Positions 51,719-62,015 of a stretch of 64,000 nucleotides of DNA are shown here, piece by piece. Both the position numbers and the translations under genes were made by a program. Origin of the DNA: an uncultured bacterium (GTDB lineage: Bacteria; Fidelibacterota; Marinisomatia; Marinisomatales; JACNKV01); assembly GCA_964388155.1 (NCBI GenBank), contig CAYLYH010000008.1:258-64257 (forward strand), given 5' to 3'. Position 1 is the stretch's first letter; each line of letters opens with the position of its first letter. The notes under the pieces are model-generated. The model saw only the letters and a program-made list of their open reading frames with translations. It was not told the origin of the DNA and searched no databases.

Positions 51719-52820
51719 TTTTGCAGTGATAAAATTCCTTGTCCTATTTTTATTTATCAGTGCAGGGAGTGCCCAATGGGGTCCGGCTCAGTCACGGCAA
51801 AATGCAATTACTCGTGCAATAGAATCGGTGAGCCCCGCAGTTGCGAGTGTGAATGTAATCCAAGTAAAGAGGTATGCTGCACGATCTCCGTTTGGGAGTC
51901 CATTTTTTCAACAGTTTTTTCCGTATGAGTTATACCGACAAAGAGTCAAGAGTTCCGGTTCCGGTGTTGTCATTAGTCCCGATGGTTATGTTTTGACAAA
52001 TAACCATGTTATTGAGGACGCAGTCGAGGTGGTGGTAACACTCCCCGGGGGAGAGGAATATGATGCAACGGTTATTGGGACGGACTACATCACCGATTTG
52101 GCATTGCTAAAGTTGGACGGACATAATTTTCCGTATGCATCTTTAGGTGATTCAGACAATATGATTATTGGAGAATGGGTGATTGCGTTGGGAAATCCAT
52201 TTGGATTATTTGAAATGAGTAATCAACCTACGGCTACGGCTGGAATTGTCAGTGCAATAAATATGGATTTTGGAGGTCGCGATTCAGGAAAATCATTTCA
52301 GGATATGATTCAGACTGATGCGGCTATTAATCCCGGAAATAGTGGAGGACCTTTGGTCAACAGCCTTGGTGAAGTCATCGGTATAAATACATTTATTTTT
52401 ACAGGATCAGATGCATCCCGCGGATCTGTTGGGATTGGGTTTGCCATTCCAATCAATAAAGCAAAGGAAATTGCAGAGGAACTTAAAATTAACGGGCAAA
52501 TTGATCGCAGTTATAATACAGGGTTGCAGGTACAGTCTTTAACAGAACGGATGGCGAGACATTTGGGAATCTTGCGAACATCGGGGGTAATCATAGTGGA
52601 AGTTGCGGCGAACAGTACGGCAGATAAAGCCGGTTTGGAACCCGGTGATGTAATTGTCTCTGTTAATGATCAAATAGTAAATAATGCCGATAATATTAAA
52701 GACATTATTTTGGAGAACGATCTACGCCCCGGAGACCGTTTACACATGAAAATACAAAGAGACGATAAAACCTATACCGTCAAATTGAAACTGGGAAAAC
52801 TTGAAAACAGCTATTGGTAA
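51702..52820 (+). CDS. HtrA/DegP-family serine protease, single PDZ
   Basis: LTNNHVI, DLALL, IQTDAAINPGNSGGPL, C-terminal PDZ. Confidence 0.94.
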   Translation: MMKLHNFAVIKFLVLFLFISAGSAQWGPAQSRQNAITRAIESVSPAVASVNVIQVKRYAARSPFGSPFFQQFFPYELYRQRVKSSGSGVVISPDGYVLTNNHVIEDAVEVVVTLPGGEEYDATVIGTDYITDLALLKLDGHNFPYASLGDSDNMIIGEWVIALGNPFGLFEMSNQPTATAGIVSAINMDFGGRDSGKSFQDMIQTDAAINPGNSGGPLVNSLGEVIGINTFIFTGSDASRGSVGIGFAIPINKAKEIAEELKINGQIDRSYNTGLQVQSLTERMARHLGILRTSGVIIVEVAANSTADKAGLEPGDVIVSVNDQIVNNADNIKDIILENDLRPGDRLHMKIQRDDKTYTVKLKLGKLENSYW

Positions 52821-52823
52821 ATC

Positions 52824-53462
52824 ATGATTGCAAAAGAAGGAAAAACTATTTTAATTACTCTGTTTGTATTTACACTAGTCTCACGTTGGTTTACCACAAC
52901 GTTTGAAGCATCCTGGTTATCCTGGGGGTACATTGTTTTTGGTGTCTTATTTCTTTTCTCTTTGAATTTCTTCCGTGATCCGAGACGCAGAATTCCAAAG
53001 GATGAAAACTTAATCATTTCTCCTGCCGATGGTAAAATTGTTAAAATTGACTCGATAAATGACCCCGAAGTCGGGAAAGCCAAATCTGTGTCAATCTTTC
53101 TGAATGTATTTAATGTCCATGTGAATCGTGTGCCATTTGCAGGGACGGTTCTTCGCACAGAACACAAGTCGGGAAAATTCTTAGCCGCATTCGATCATAA
53201 AGCATCGGATGAAAATGAACAGGCAATTACGGTGTTTGAAACATCCTTTGGAAAGATGAAGGTTAAACAGATTGCCGGATTGATTGCTCGTCGAATTCAT
53301 TGCTATGCGAAACCAAATTACTCTATGCAAAAAGGAGAAAAATTGGGATTTATTATGTTTGGTTCACGCACAGATATCATACTTCCGGAGTCGATTAAGC
53401 TGCAAGTTGAATTAGGGCAAAAAGTCAAAGGAAATGAAACCATCATAGGACATATCGTATGA
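52824..53462 (+). CDS. psd: Phosphatidylserine decarboxylase
   Basis: FFRDP, SPADG, NVHVNR, FGSRTD cleavage motif. Confidence 0.94.
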   Translation: MIAKEGKTILITLFVFTLVSRWFTTTFEASWLSWGYIVFGVLFLFSLNFFRDPRRRIPKDENLIISPADGKIVKIDSINDPEVGKAKSVSIFLNVFNVHVNRVPFAGTVLRTEHKSGKFLAAFDHKASDENEQAITVFETSFGKMKVKQIAGLIARRIHCYAKPNYSMQKGEKLGFIMFGSRTDIILPESIKLQVELGQKVKGNETIIGHIV

Positions 53463-54238
53463 GACGCCGTCGAAAAAAAATCAAAAGACATCACCGTGTC
53501 AATAAACGGTTTATTCCGAATATTCTCACGGTGTTTAACATGTTCCTTGGGTTTATGGCCATCGTGTTAATCATGAAAGGCAATCCGGTGAAAGCAGGGT
53601 GGCTCATCTTATTCGCAGGGATGTTCGATGCCGTGGATGGTAAAATCGCACGGCTGTTGGGTATTCCGTCAAAATTTGGAACTGAATTCGATTCCTTTGC
53701 GGATACAGTATCTTTCTGTATGGCACCATCTTTGCTAATTTACAGCGTGTACACGGAGGGCTTGCCTCCCTTGCTAGCCGGCATAATCAGTATTGTTCCC
53801 CTGCTTTTTGGAACAATTCGATTAGCCAGATTTAATCTCATCGATGATGAAATTCCCTCACCGTATTTCACCGGATTAACCACCCCCCTCAACGCATTGT
53901 TTATTTTCGGATATGTTCTGTTCAATCATCAAGTATATGGGCATATGGGAGACCCAAGGGTTGCATTGGTTCTTGTGGTTGTGCTGGGATTCTTATTAAT
54001 CAGTAGAGTCCGGTTCTCAAAATTCCCATTACTGTCGTTTAAAAAAGGCAGAAAAAATACGATGCAATTGTTAGGCGTTCTCGGAACGGTTGTGGCATTA
54101 ATCATTTGGAAAGGATTAGTCCTTTTTCCACTAATTGTCATTTATGTGTCATGGAGTATTTTGAATTGGGTTATTCATCCTCAGCGATTCGAAGAGGATT
54201 CAATATACACCGATGAGAAAGAGGAGATAATTATATGA
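53459..54238 (+). CDS. pssA: CDP-diacylglycerol--serine O-phosphatidyltransferase
   Basis: DAVDGKIAR..FGTEFDSFAD CDP-alcohol motif, RLARFN; next to psd. Confidence 0.92.
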   Translation: MRRRRKKIKRHHRVNKRFIPNILTVFNMFLGFMAIVLIMKGNPVKAGWLILFAGMFDAVDGKIARLLGIPSKFGTEFDSFADTVSFCMAPSLLIYSVYTEGLPPLLAGIISIVPLLFGTIRLARFNLIDDEIPSPYFTGLTTPLNALFIFGYVLFNHQVYGHMGDPRVALVLVVVLGFLLISRVRFSKFPLLSFKKGRKNTMQLLGVLGTVVALIIWKGLVLFPLIVIYVSWSILNWVIHPQRFEEDSIYTDEKEEIII

Positions 54239-54522
54239 AGAGACGCTCAATAACCTTGGTTGTATTTGGGTTTAGTATCGGGGCAATGATTGGAACATTG
54301 GTAGGTGAATTTCTTGGGTTTGTCCTGCCGGATGGTGTGGTGAAGGAATTCTTTTTGACGAGTATCCAATTTGATTTAGCGGGACTTGTCGGAAATGAGT
54401 CCGGTGTGATTGTTCTAAATATGATTGTAGTGACACTTAAATTTGGTTTAACGCTTGTTCTTAATTTTACCAGTATTATCGGTTTGGGAATCGCGTATTA
54501 TTTTTTACGTTATTTTCGGTAA
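54235..54522 (+). CDS. DUF4321-like small membrane protein
   Basis: GAMIGTLVGE..LP..VK.FF..FGLTL.LN..SIIG pattern. Confidence 0.7.
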   Translation: MKRRSITLVVFGFSIGAMIGTLVGEFLGFVLPDGVVKEFFLTSIQFDLAGLVGNESGVIVLNMIVVTLKFGLTLVLNFTSIIGLGIAYYFLRYFR

Positions 54523-54571
54523 AAGAATATGATTCTTCGTAAATTCAACACATAATTTGGAGGAAATACTC

Positions 54572-54799
54572 ATGCTTGAAACACAAATCGTATTTGCGAT
54601 GTTTAATCTTGGTCCAATGGAAATGTTGTTAATCGTTCTGGTTATTTTGCTACTTTTTGGTGCAAAACGATTACCGGAGCTTGCCAGAGGGTTAGGACAG
54701 GGAATCCGTGAATTTAAAGGCGCTGTGGACGGTGCAAAAAAAGAAATTGAAAATGCTGCCGACCCAAACACAATAGAAAAAAAAGACGAGTCAAAATAG
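54572..54799 (+). CDS. tatA: Twin-arginine translocase TatA/E
   Basis: LLLFGAKRLPELARGLGQGIREFK; start uncertain. Confidence 0.93.
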   Translation: MLETQIVFAMFNLGPMEMLLIVLVILLLFGAKRLPELARGLGQGIREFKGAVDGAKKEIENAADPNTIEKKDESK

Positions 54800-54930
54800 A
54801 TATATTTTCCTTTCATCTGTATAAAACCTGATTCAGTCCATTTCGGGAACAAATCTGTTCCATTTTAATTAAAAGTTATAACCGCTAACCATGCAGTATT
54901 GGAAGAATAACATCTTATTTTGATTAACAA

Positions 54931-55902
54931 ATGATTCAATTTGCACATCCATGGTATTTAGGGCTGATTGTTCTTATTCCGCTTCTTGCGTGGTGGTATA
55001 AGCAATTCGGCAACGCCCAAGAGGGTACATTGAGGATTTCCTCCTCAGGACTAATTCCAACTGCTTTTCGCAAAAGGGGAAAAATGCGAGCGTGGGTTTT
55101 ACTCGTAATTCAGTGGGCAATCCTCTTATGTATTGCCATTGGACTGGCTCGTCCTCAATTGGTGAGTTTGGCTCAAGAGACAAAAGTAGATGTTGTTGAC
55201 ATCGTTTTGGTGATTGACATTTCCAGTAGTATGCTTGCGGATGATTTTCCTCCGAACAGATTAGAAGTCGTTAAGAAAACTGCAGACAAGTTCATCTCTA
55301 AACGAAAAGGAGACAGGATCGGATTACTGGTTTTTGCCGGAGAGACATTCATTCAATGTCCGCTGACAGTTGACACGGATGTTTTAAGAAATTTATTAAA
55401 AGAAGTTACAATCGTTGACCGTGAAATGGATGGGACGGCGATTGGGATGGCAATTGCTAATGCAACAAATCGACTTCGAACAAGTCAAGCAGAAAGCAAA
55501 GTGATGATCGTTCTATCCGATGGAAGTAATAATGCGGGGGAGCTGGATCCGTTGACCGCTGCCGATTTAGCGTCACAATTTGATATTCGCATTTATACCA
55601 TCGGAGCGGGAACAAATGAATCGGTAACGTTCATCCAAAATCGGGGATATATTCGGAATGAGATTGATGAAGAAACCCTCATCGCCATCGCGAACAGAAC
55701 CGGAGGTCAATATTTTCGTGCCACGGATGAAAAATCCTTAGCGGAAACTTATATGGAAATTGATGAATTAGAACGAACGAAAATTGAAATCCGTGAATAC
55801 ACAAGGCATAAAGAGCTTTATGGTTGGGTGTTAATTCCGGCGTTGCTTCTCGGACTTGGTGGAGAAGTTCTATCGAGATACATATTTCGGAGGAATGCTT
55901 AA
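54931..55902 (+). CDS. batA: BatA VWA-domain protein
   Basis: LARPQ, DISSSM MIDAS, GTAIG, LSDGSNNAG. Confidence 0.9.
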   Translation: MIQFAHPWYLGLIVLIPLLAWWYKQFGNAQEGTLRISSSGLIPTAFRKRGKMRAWVLLVIQWAILLCIAIGLARPQLVSLAQETKVDVVDIVLVIDISSSMLADDFPPNRLEVVKKTADKFISKRKGDRIGLLVFAGETFIQCPLTVDTDVLRNLLKEVTIVDREMDGTAIGMAIANATNRLRTSQAESKVMIVLSDGSNNAGELDPLTAADLASQFDIRIYTIGAGTNESVTFIQNRGYIRNEIDEETLIAIANRTGGQYFRATDEKSLAETYMEIDELERTKIEIREYTRHKELYGWVLIPALLLGLGGEVLSRYIFRRNA

Positions 55903-56927
55903 TGGCGTGGAGATATCCGTGGGTGCTTGGGTTTTTCTTGCTTTGGGGAGGGCTTGTTCTCCTATGGTATTTCAACAAACACCGCCGGTCATCGTTTTAT
56001 CATTCCATGCCGGGACCGCTTGCAGAGAATCTTTTTAATCGAATTCGATGGACACGAACAGTTCTTAAACAGAGATTGCGCATGGCAGGAGTTGCGTTTC
56101 TCATCTTGTCGGCATCGGGACCACAGATAGGCACACGAGTAAAACCGGTGGAAAGAAAAGGCGTTGACCTAGTGTTTGCTGTTGATGTGTCCGTCAGCAT
56201 GGATGCAATTGATGTAAAGCCAAGCCGTTTAGAAAAAGCGAAGTATGAAATAGGGCAGCTCGTTAAAAAACTTAAAGGCGACCGAGTCGGTATTGTTGTA
56301 TTTGCAGGATCAAGCCATTTGTATCTTCCATTAACCACAGATTATGAAGCAGCCTTACTGTTTTTAAATACCATCGATACAAAAATGATTCCGACACAAG
56401 GGACATCTTTACATAGTGCACTTTCAACAGCGTTGAGTGTTTTTACTGAAGAAAACGAGAAACATAAAGTAGTTATTTTAGTTACAGATGGTGAAGATCA
56501 CGAAGGAGATGCAGTGGCGATTGCGAATAAAGCAATGAAAACAGGCTTGGTGATTCACACCATCGGTGTCGGGACACATGCAGGGTCTCTCATACCAATC
56601 AAGACTGGTGATGATGTGTCGAAATACAAACGAGATAAACAAGGTAATTTAGTAACGTCGGTGTTAAATGAGTCTGCCTTAAGCGACGTTGCTCGTGCAG
56701 GAAACGGTATTTTTATCCGGTTTGATAATCGTGCTGCAAGCTATGTAACATTGTTAGATGCAATAAATGCCATGGAAAAAAAGACAATCAGTACACATGA
56801 ATTTTCTGAGTACGAAGATCGATATCAAATTCTAGCATTGTTATCGTTACTTTGTTTCGTGATTGGATTTATCATTCCCACCCGAGATAAACGTCAGCAT
56901 GAAACGTGGAGAGGGAGGTTTGTTTGA
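55902..56927 (+). CDS. batB: BatB VWA-domain protein
   Basis: DVSVSM..DVKPSRL, LPLTTDY, TDGEDHEG; ATG overlaps batA stop. Confidence 0.9.
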   Translation: MAWRYPWVLGFFLLWGGLVLLWYFNKHRRSSFYHSMPGPLAENLFNRIRWTRTVLKQRLRMAGVAFLILSASGPQIGTRVKPVERKGVDLVFAVDVSVSMDAIDVKPSRLEKAKYEIGQLVKKLKGDRVGIVVFAGSSHLYLPLTTDYEAALLFLNTIDTKMIPTQGTSLHSALSTALSVFTEENEKHKVVILVTDGEDHEGDAVAIANKAMKTGLVIHTIGVGTHAGSLIPIKTGDDVSKYKRDKQGNLVTSVLNESALSDVARAGNGIFIRFDNRAASYVTLLDAINAMEKKTISTHEFSEYEDRYQILALLSLLCFVIGFIIPTRDKRQHETWRGRFV

Positions 56928-56966
56928 GTGCTAAAAACTGAAAATAAAAAAATATGAAATGCTCAA

Positions 56967-57024
56967 CACCTAACGCTAAACCCCTAACCTGTCGGAAGCA
57001 GGCAAACACGATAACACCCAAAAC
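56967..57024 (+). repeat. Degenerate CTAAAC-type tract with embedded CCTGTCGGAAGCAGG mini-element
   Basis: ACACCTAACGCTAAACCCCTAA[CCTGTCGGAAGCAGG]CAAACACGATAACACCCAAAAC before batC GTG. Confidence 0.55.
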
Positions 57025-57858
57025 GTGAAACATCAATCCATATTAATTTCTGTCGGGATAGTTATTCTGATACTGAATCAAGCGACGTTTGCTCGTGAAG
57101 ATGTTGGGTTGCAAAACTATCGCAACCAACAATTTGATAAGGCAAGGGAATATTATGAATCCGTACTTGTGAAGCAACAGAATCCGTCTGCCAGTTTTGG
57201 GCTTGGAGCATCTGCATTTAAGCAAGGAGATATTGAGACGGCTATTCAGGCGTTTGATGATGTCATTCAAAGTGAAGATAATCGTTTAAAAGCGAAATCA
57301 TATTATAATATGGGGAATATTCTCCATCAACAGCAGCGGATGGATGAGAGTCTCACTTTTTTTAAAAAAGCATTACAATTGAATCCAAATGACAATGATG
57401 CGAAAGCCAATTATGAATTGTTGAAGTACCAGATGCAACAGCAAGAACAGAACCAACAAAATCAGGAAGATCAGGAAAAAAGTCAAGACGACAAAAACGA
57501 TAAGAACGAGCAGAATCAAAAACAAGAAAACAAAGAGGAGAACTCGGAGAAAAAAGAAAATTCAGATCAATCTAAAGAACAATCAGACCAGTCAGAGGAG
57601 AAAAAGGAACATCAGGAAAAACAATCTGATGAGAAAGAAGACCAAAAGCAACAGCAAGAACAATCATCGGAAGACCAACAGAAAAAAGATCAGCAGCAAA
57701 CAAAATCTGAAGAATCTCAAGTGAAGGAAGAAGAACAAAAATTAGAAGATAAGAAAAATGCAGCAGTCATTCTAAATGCACTGAAACAAGATGAAAAAAT
57801 TAATCAGAAGCGAAAAATATCCAAAGCAGTGTCGAAGAAATTAGAAAAAGATTGGTAA
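57025..57858 (+). CDS. batC: BatC-like TPR protein with Q/E/K/D-rich linker
   Basis: Signal peptide, TPR (YYNMGN..ALQLNPND.DAKANYE), low-complexity linker, C-terminal KDW. Confidence 0.85.
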   Translation: MKHQSILISVGIVILILNQATFAREDVGLQNYRNQQFDKAREYYESVLVKQQNPSASFGLGASAFKQGDIETAIQAFDDVIQSEDNRLKAKSYYNMGNILHQQQRMDESLTFFKKALQLNPNDNDAKANYELLKYQMQQQEQNQQNQEDQEKSQDDKNDKNEQNQKQENKEENSEKKENSDQSKEQSDQSEEKKEHQEKQSDEKEDQKQQQEQSSEDQQKKDQQQTKSEESQVKEEEQKLEDKKNAAVILNALKQDEKINQKRKISKAVSKKLEKDW

Positions 57859-57862
57859 ACGA

Positions 57863-59569
57863 TTGAAGAATCTATTCATACTAACCTTATTTTTAATTTC
57901 AGCCATGAAGGCAGCAAGTGTGGTTGCCTCTATAGATGTCAATCGTATATCTATGGGAGAAGTATTTACGTATACAGTTGAGGTGAAAGACTCTGAACAT
58001 AATCCGGAAGTGAATATTTCACCGGTTAAGAAACTTTTCACCATCGTTAGCGGACCTTCTCAACAGACGAACATTAGTTGGGTGAACGGAAAAATGACAT
58101 CTTCGCGAACCCGGACTTGGAGTTTGACCCCGAACCGAGAGGGGAAATTGGTCATTCCGGCATTGGTCGTCGGGGTCGGAAAACAAACGTATAAAACAAA
58201 GTCCATCACTGTTTATGTCCAAAAAGGACAAACTCAGCAAAAAAATAAAGATGTTTTTATTGCGGTAGAATTGGACAAAGAATCTGCATATCCCGGTGAA
58301 CAGATTACCGTTGAATACAAACTTTACACTCGGGTAGATATGTCCATAGATAAAATAGATGTGCCTAAATTTGTTGGATTTTGGGCGGAGGAACTTTTTG
58401 CGGCAACCCAGTTAAATTATCGCCGAGTGCAGATAAACGAAGTCCGGTATAATATGGCAAAGCTGTACACATTTGCATTATTTCCGGCGAAAACCGGTGA
58501 GATTCCACTCCCTCAAATGGAGGTAAAATGTAATGTCGTTGTCAAACAGAAATCTCAGCGGAGATCATTCTTTGATGATCCATTTTTCACAAGACAAAAA
58601 ACTGTCCCAAAATTTATCCGTACCCAGAAAAAGACCATCCGTGTTAACCCATTTCCAGCCGGGAAACCCGCTGATTTTACCGGAGCTGTAGGACGTTATA
58701 CGTTGACAACCCATGTTGACAGGACATCCCTAAAAGCGAACGATGCAGTTACATTGAATGTTAATCTTAAAGGAACCGGTAATATATCATTGGTGCAATT
58801 ACCGGAGATATTATTTCCCGATAATTTAGAGGTTTTTCCACCGACGACAACAACTGAGAAAGATCCGTTTAGAGATCAAATTACAGGGATGACTAATTGG
58901 GAATATATTTTAATCCCAAGAAAAACCGGTAAATATACAATTCCACGAATAGAAATTCCATATTTTGATCCAAATGGTGAAACGTGGGAACGCGCAGTAT
59001 CTTTGCCAATCGTTTTGTCGGTGTCTCCCGGGAAAACAACCTCAACCGTTTCCAATGGATTTCGAAAGGAAGAAGTTGAACTCCTTGGGAGTGATATCCG
59101 ATATTTCCGGACAAAAACACCAAGATGGATGTCCATGAATAAAAGCAGCACGTTTCCTGTTATTGCAATCTTGATGTACGGACTTACCGGAATATTATTT
59201 CTCTTACCTATGTCGTTAAAGAATCTACGTTCTTCGAAAGAACAAACAGCAGAATACCGGCGATCGAAACGGGCAATCAAATTGGTGAGAAAAAAATTAA
59301 AAACCACGATGGATGATCCATTTACTCAGGTTGCCGATGCTGTTTATCCGTATCTAAAAGACAGGTTTTTGTTAAAAACCGACCAACTAGATCCGATGTC
59401 TGTACAATCTATTTTATCGAATAAAATTGGAGAAATAGAATTAACAAATTTGGTGAAAATATTGCATCTTTGCGATGCCGGTCGGTATTCACCCGGAGCA
59501 AATGTAACAATGGAGAACCTTGTTGCAAACACAAAATCGTTATTAGAAAGGATCAATACGCATGCGTAA
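57863..59569 (+). CDS. batD: BatD family protein
   Basis: GPSQQTNISWVNG, AYPGEQ, FTGAVG, GTGN, YFDP. Confidence 0.88.
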   Translation: MKNLFILTLFLISAMKAASVVASIDVNRISMGEVFTYTVEVKDSEHNPEVNISPVKKLFTIVSGPSQQTNISWVNGKMTSSRTRTWSLTPNREGKLVIPALVVGVGKQTYKTKSITVYVQKGQTQQKNKDVFIAVELDKESAYPGEQITVEYKLYTRVDMSIDKIDVPKFVGFWAEELFAATQLNYRRVQINEVRYNMAKLYTFALFPAKTGEIPLPQMEVKCNVVVKQKSQRRSFFDDPFFTRQKTVPKFIRTQKKTIRVNPFPAGKPADFTGAVGRYTLTTHVDRTSLKANDAVTLNVNLKGTGNISLVQLPEILFPDNLEVFPPTTTTEKDPFRDQITGMTNWEYILIPRKTGKYTIPRIEIPYFDPNGETWERAVSLPIVLSVSPGKTTSTVSNGFRKEEVELLGSDIRYFRTKTPRWMSMNKSSTFPVIAILMYGLTGILFLLPMSLKNLRSSKEQTAEYRRSKRAIKLVRKKLKTTMDDPFTQVADAVYPYLKDRFLLKTDQLDPMSVQSILSNKIGEIELTNLVKILHLCDAGRYSPGANVTMENLVANTKSLLERINTHA

Positions 59570-60302
59570 GATTGCTCTAATATTTTGGATTGTTTTGACT
59601 GTTGGATGTGCTCAAACGGTCGATTCACTTTATACTTATGCCAACAGAGCGGTAGAAACTGAAGATTATGTAACGGCAATATCCCATTATGAGAATATAC
59701 TTAGGCAGGGAGTTGAACATCCTGATCTATATTACAATCTTGGCAACGGATATTATCGTAACGGTAGAATTGGATTGGCAGTATGGGCGTATGAAAAAGG
59801 AGTAAAACTATCTCCCCGTGATACAGATTTGCTTTTCAATCTCAAACTTGTGAACACGCGAGTGAGAGACAGAATTGAACGTCCAAAATCTATCTTCTTT
59901 TTAGAGGGGTATCATGTACTTAAACGATCGTTCACGTTAGCAAGTTTATTAATGATAGGCAGCGGAATTCTGCTGATTGCAGCCGTAGTATATTTTGTTT
60001 CCACGTGGTTCTATATTCGTTTTCGTTCGAAGATGATAAGCACATTAATTATATTGTCTGTTTTAATCCATGGAGTTGCCTTGGATAAGTATTGGGATTT
60101 ATCCGGTAAAAAAGAAGGCATCGTTATCCCCAGAGAAATTGAAGTATTTTCTGCACCTTATGAACGGCAAGATGGTGTTCTTTTTCGATTGCATGAGGGG
60201 ATAAAAGTTGAAATCACACAATCTCAGCCCGGATGGATGGAAATTCATTTAATTGACGGAAACAAAGGATGGGTGAAAATAACAGATGTCAGACCGCTGT
60301 GA
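59562..60302 (+). CDS. batE: BatE TPR/SH3 protein
   Basis: LYYNLGNGYYR TPR, two TM, LHEG.KV..W..I..GWV SH3b. Confidence 0.88.
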   Translation: MRKIALIFWIVLTVGCAQTVDSLYTYANRAVETEDYVTAISHYENILRQGVEHPDLYYNLGNGYYRNGRIGLAVWAYEKGVKLSPRDTDLLFNLKLVNTRVRDRIERPKSIFFLEGYHVLKRSFTLASLLMIGSGILLIAAVVYFVSTWFYIRFRSKMISTLIILSVLIHGVALDKYWDLSGKKEGIVIPREIEVFSAPYERQDGVLFRLHEGIKVEITQSQPGWMEIHLIDGNKGWVKITDVRPL

Positions 60303-60340
60303 TTAACGTAAAACGTAACGTGGTAAATGGATAATTGACA

Positions 60341-60460
60341 ATGACCCATTTACCAGTATCCAATACCCAAATACCAGATACCAATAACCCCCGTAAAAAA
60401 CACGGGGTCTACCAGCCTGCATTCTTAGTCGGGCAGGCACTACGTTATGACAATAACCAA
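60341..60460 (+). repeat. ACCAATA heptamer tract with nested hairpin element and 26-bp CC.GCCTG...GGCAGG insert
   Basis: 60385-60459 equals 26269-26317 (48/49) plus insertion CCAGCCTGCATTCTTAGTCGGGCAGG at 60412-60437. Confidence 0.88.
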
Positions 60461-60510
60461 TCATAGAGTTAACAATATGAATACATCAATAAACTCATTT
60501 ATATTTCACC

Positions 60511-60957
60511 ATGAATAATTCATACTCAAAATACATATTCGTTTCATTTTGTTTGTGCATAAGTTTATTGACGGCTCAGGATCAGGATGAATCTTTTGAC
60601 CCAAGTATTCTCAAAAATAAAGAACCTGATTGGCCTATCTTGATTAACCCGGCGTTTGGGTTAAACCCTGTCTTGCAACAATCCGATACTACTGAAAAAG
60701 AGATTACAGAGTTAGAAGGATATCGTTTGCAAGTATTTGCAACAAAATCATGGGAAGCAGCAGACAGCCTAAAAACCGTACTCGAGAAAAAGTTGAAAGA
60801 AGATATTTATATTACTTTCGAAGTTCCAAATTATAAGGTACGTGTTGGAAATTGTTCAGATAGAAACGAAGCTGAAATCTTAAAAACCACATTAAAATCC
60901 TTTGGATATCGATATGCTTGGATTGTTCGGACTCGCATAAAACCAAAAGATTTATGA
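60511..60957 (+). CDS. SPOR domain-containing exported protein
   Basis: Signal peptide; GYRLQVFA, PNYKVRVG, YAWIV. Confidence 0.88.
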   Translation: MNNSYSKYIFVSFCLCISLLTAQDQDESFDPSILKNKEPDWPILINPAFGLNPVLQQSDTTEKEITELEGYRLQVFATKSWEAADSLKTVLEKKLKEDIYITFEVPNYKVRVGNCSDRNEAEILKTTLKSFGYRYAWIVRTRIKPKDL

Positions 60958-61011
60958 TTTAAGATTGATTATTGAAAATGTTTGTGCTATCAGTTGCCAG
61001 AACCCAGTAAA

Positions 61012-62004
61012 ATGCCAGATTCCCTGAAAAAATTAATGAAACGAATAACCGCGTCTGTTGATAAAGACATGATTGAGTTTGAAAAGGAGTATTCGGAAGC
61101 ACTTCATTCTGATGTCAGATTAATTAACACCATCGGGAATTATATTATTAAACAGCGCGGGAAAAGGGTACGTCCTTTACTGACGATACTTTCAAGTCGT
61201 GTCTGCGGTGAGCCCAATATAAACAGCTTTCGTGCCGCTGCGTTAATTGAGTTATTACATGTAGCAACCTTAGTTCATGATGATGTTGTAGATGATGCCG
61301 ATCTGCGACGGGGTTTTCCATCAGTGAATCGAGTGTGGAAAAACAAAATATCCATTTTGATGGGAGATTATATCCTGAGCAAAGCTTTGATCAATATGAT
61401 TAAACTCAGAAATTTTGATGCGTTAGAACTCATGTCTGAAACAGCCGAAAAATTAAGCAGTGGAGAAATTTTGCAGATGGAGAAAAATCTTGGAAAAAAA
61501 ATGACTGAGTCCTATTATTATGATGTGATTTACCAAAAGACAGCCTCTCTCATTTCTGCGTGTTGTGAATTGGGTGCAATTACGACAACAAATTCGCATG
61601 ATGATCGGTCAGCGATGCGGGAATATGGAACAAATTTCGGGATGGCGTTTCAAATTAAAGACGATTTGTTTGATTTGCTAGGTAGTGAAAATGAAACCGG
61701 CAAAGATTCGGGTATTGATGTGAAAAAAAATATGATGACGCTTCCGTTGATCGTTGCGAAATCTAACCTCACTTTTTCAAATAATCGGAAATTGAACTCA
61801 GTTCTTTGTAAAAAGAAAAAAAGTAAGAAAGACCTTAAAGAGATTCAGAGAATTGTCGAAAAAGCCGGTGGATTTGACTATGCAAAGAATAAAATATCTT
61901 ATTATTCTAATAAAGCGATAGAAGCGTTACACACCTATCCTGATACTCAATATAAACAATCCATGCTTGGTTTTGTTGCGTTTAACATGGAAAGACGGAA
62001 TTAA
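61012..62004 (+). CDS. Polyprenyl diphosphate synthase (IspB-like)
   Basis: GKRVRP, HDDVVD..LRRG, KTASL, FQIKDD; start uncertain. Confidence 0.94.
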   Translation: MPDSLKKLMKRITASVDKDMIEFEKEYSEALHSDVRLINTIGNYIIKQRGKRVRPLLTILSSRVCGEPNINSFRAAALIELLHVATLVHDDVVDDADLRRGFPSVNRVWKNKISILMGDYILSKALINMIKLRNFDALELMSETAEKLSSGEILQMEKNLGKKMTESYYYDVIYQKTASLISACCELGAITTTNSHDDRSAMREYGTNFGMAFQIKDDLFDLLGSENETGKDSGIDVKKNMMTLPLIVAKSNLTFSNNRKLNSVLCKKKKSKKDLKEIQRIVEKAGGFDYAKNKISYYSNKAIEALHTYPDTQYKQSMLGFVAFNMERRN

Positions 62005-62015
62005 CTGAACATCGT

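Noticed and set aside
57430-57750. Low-complexity purine-rich stretch
   Set aside because: Explained by the Q/E/K/D-rich linker normal for BatC.
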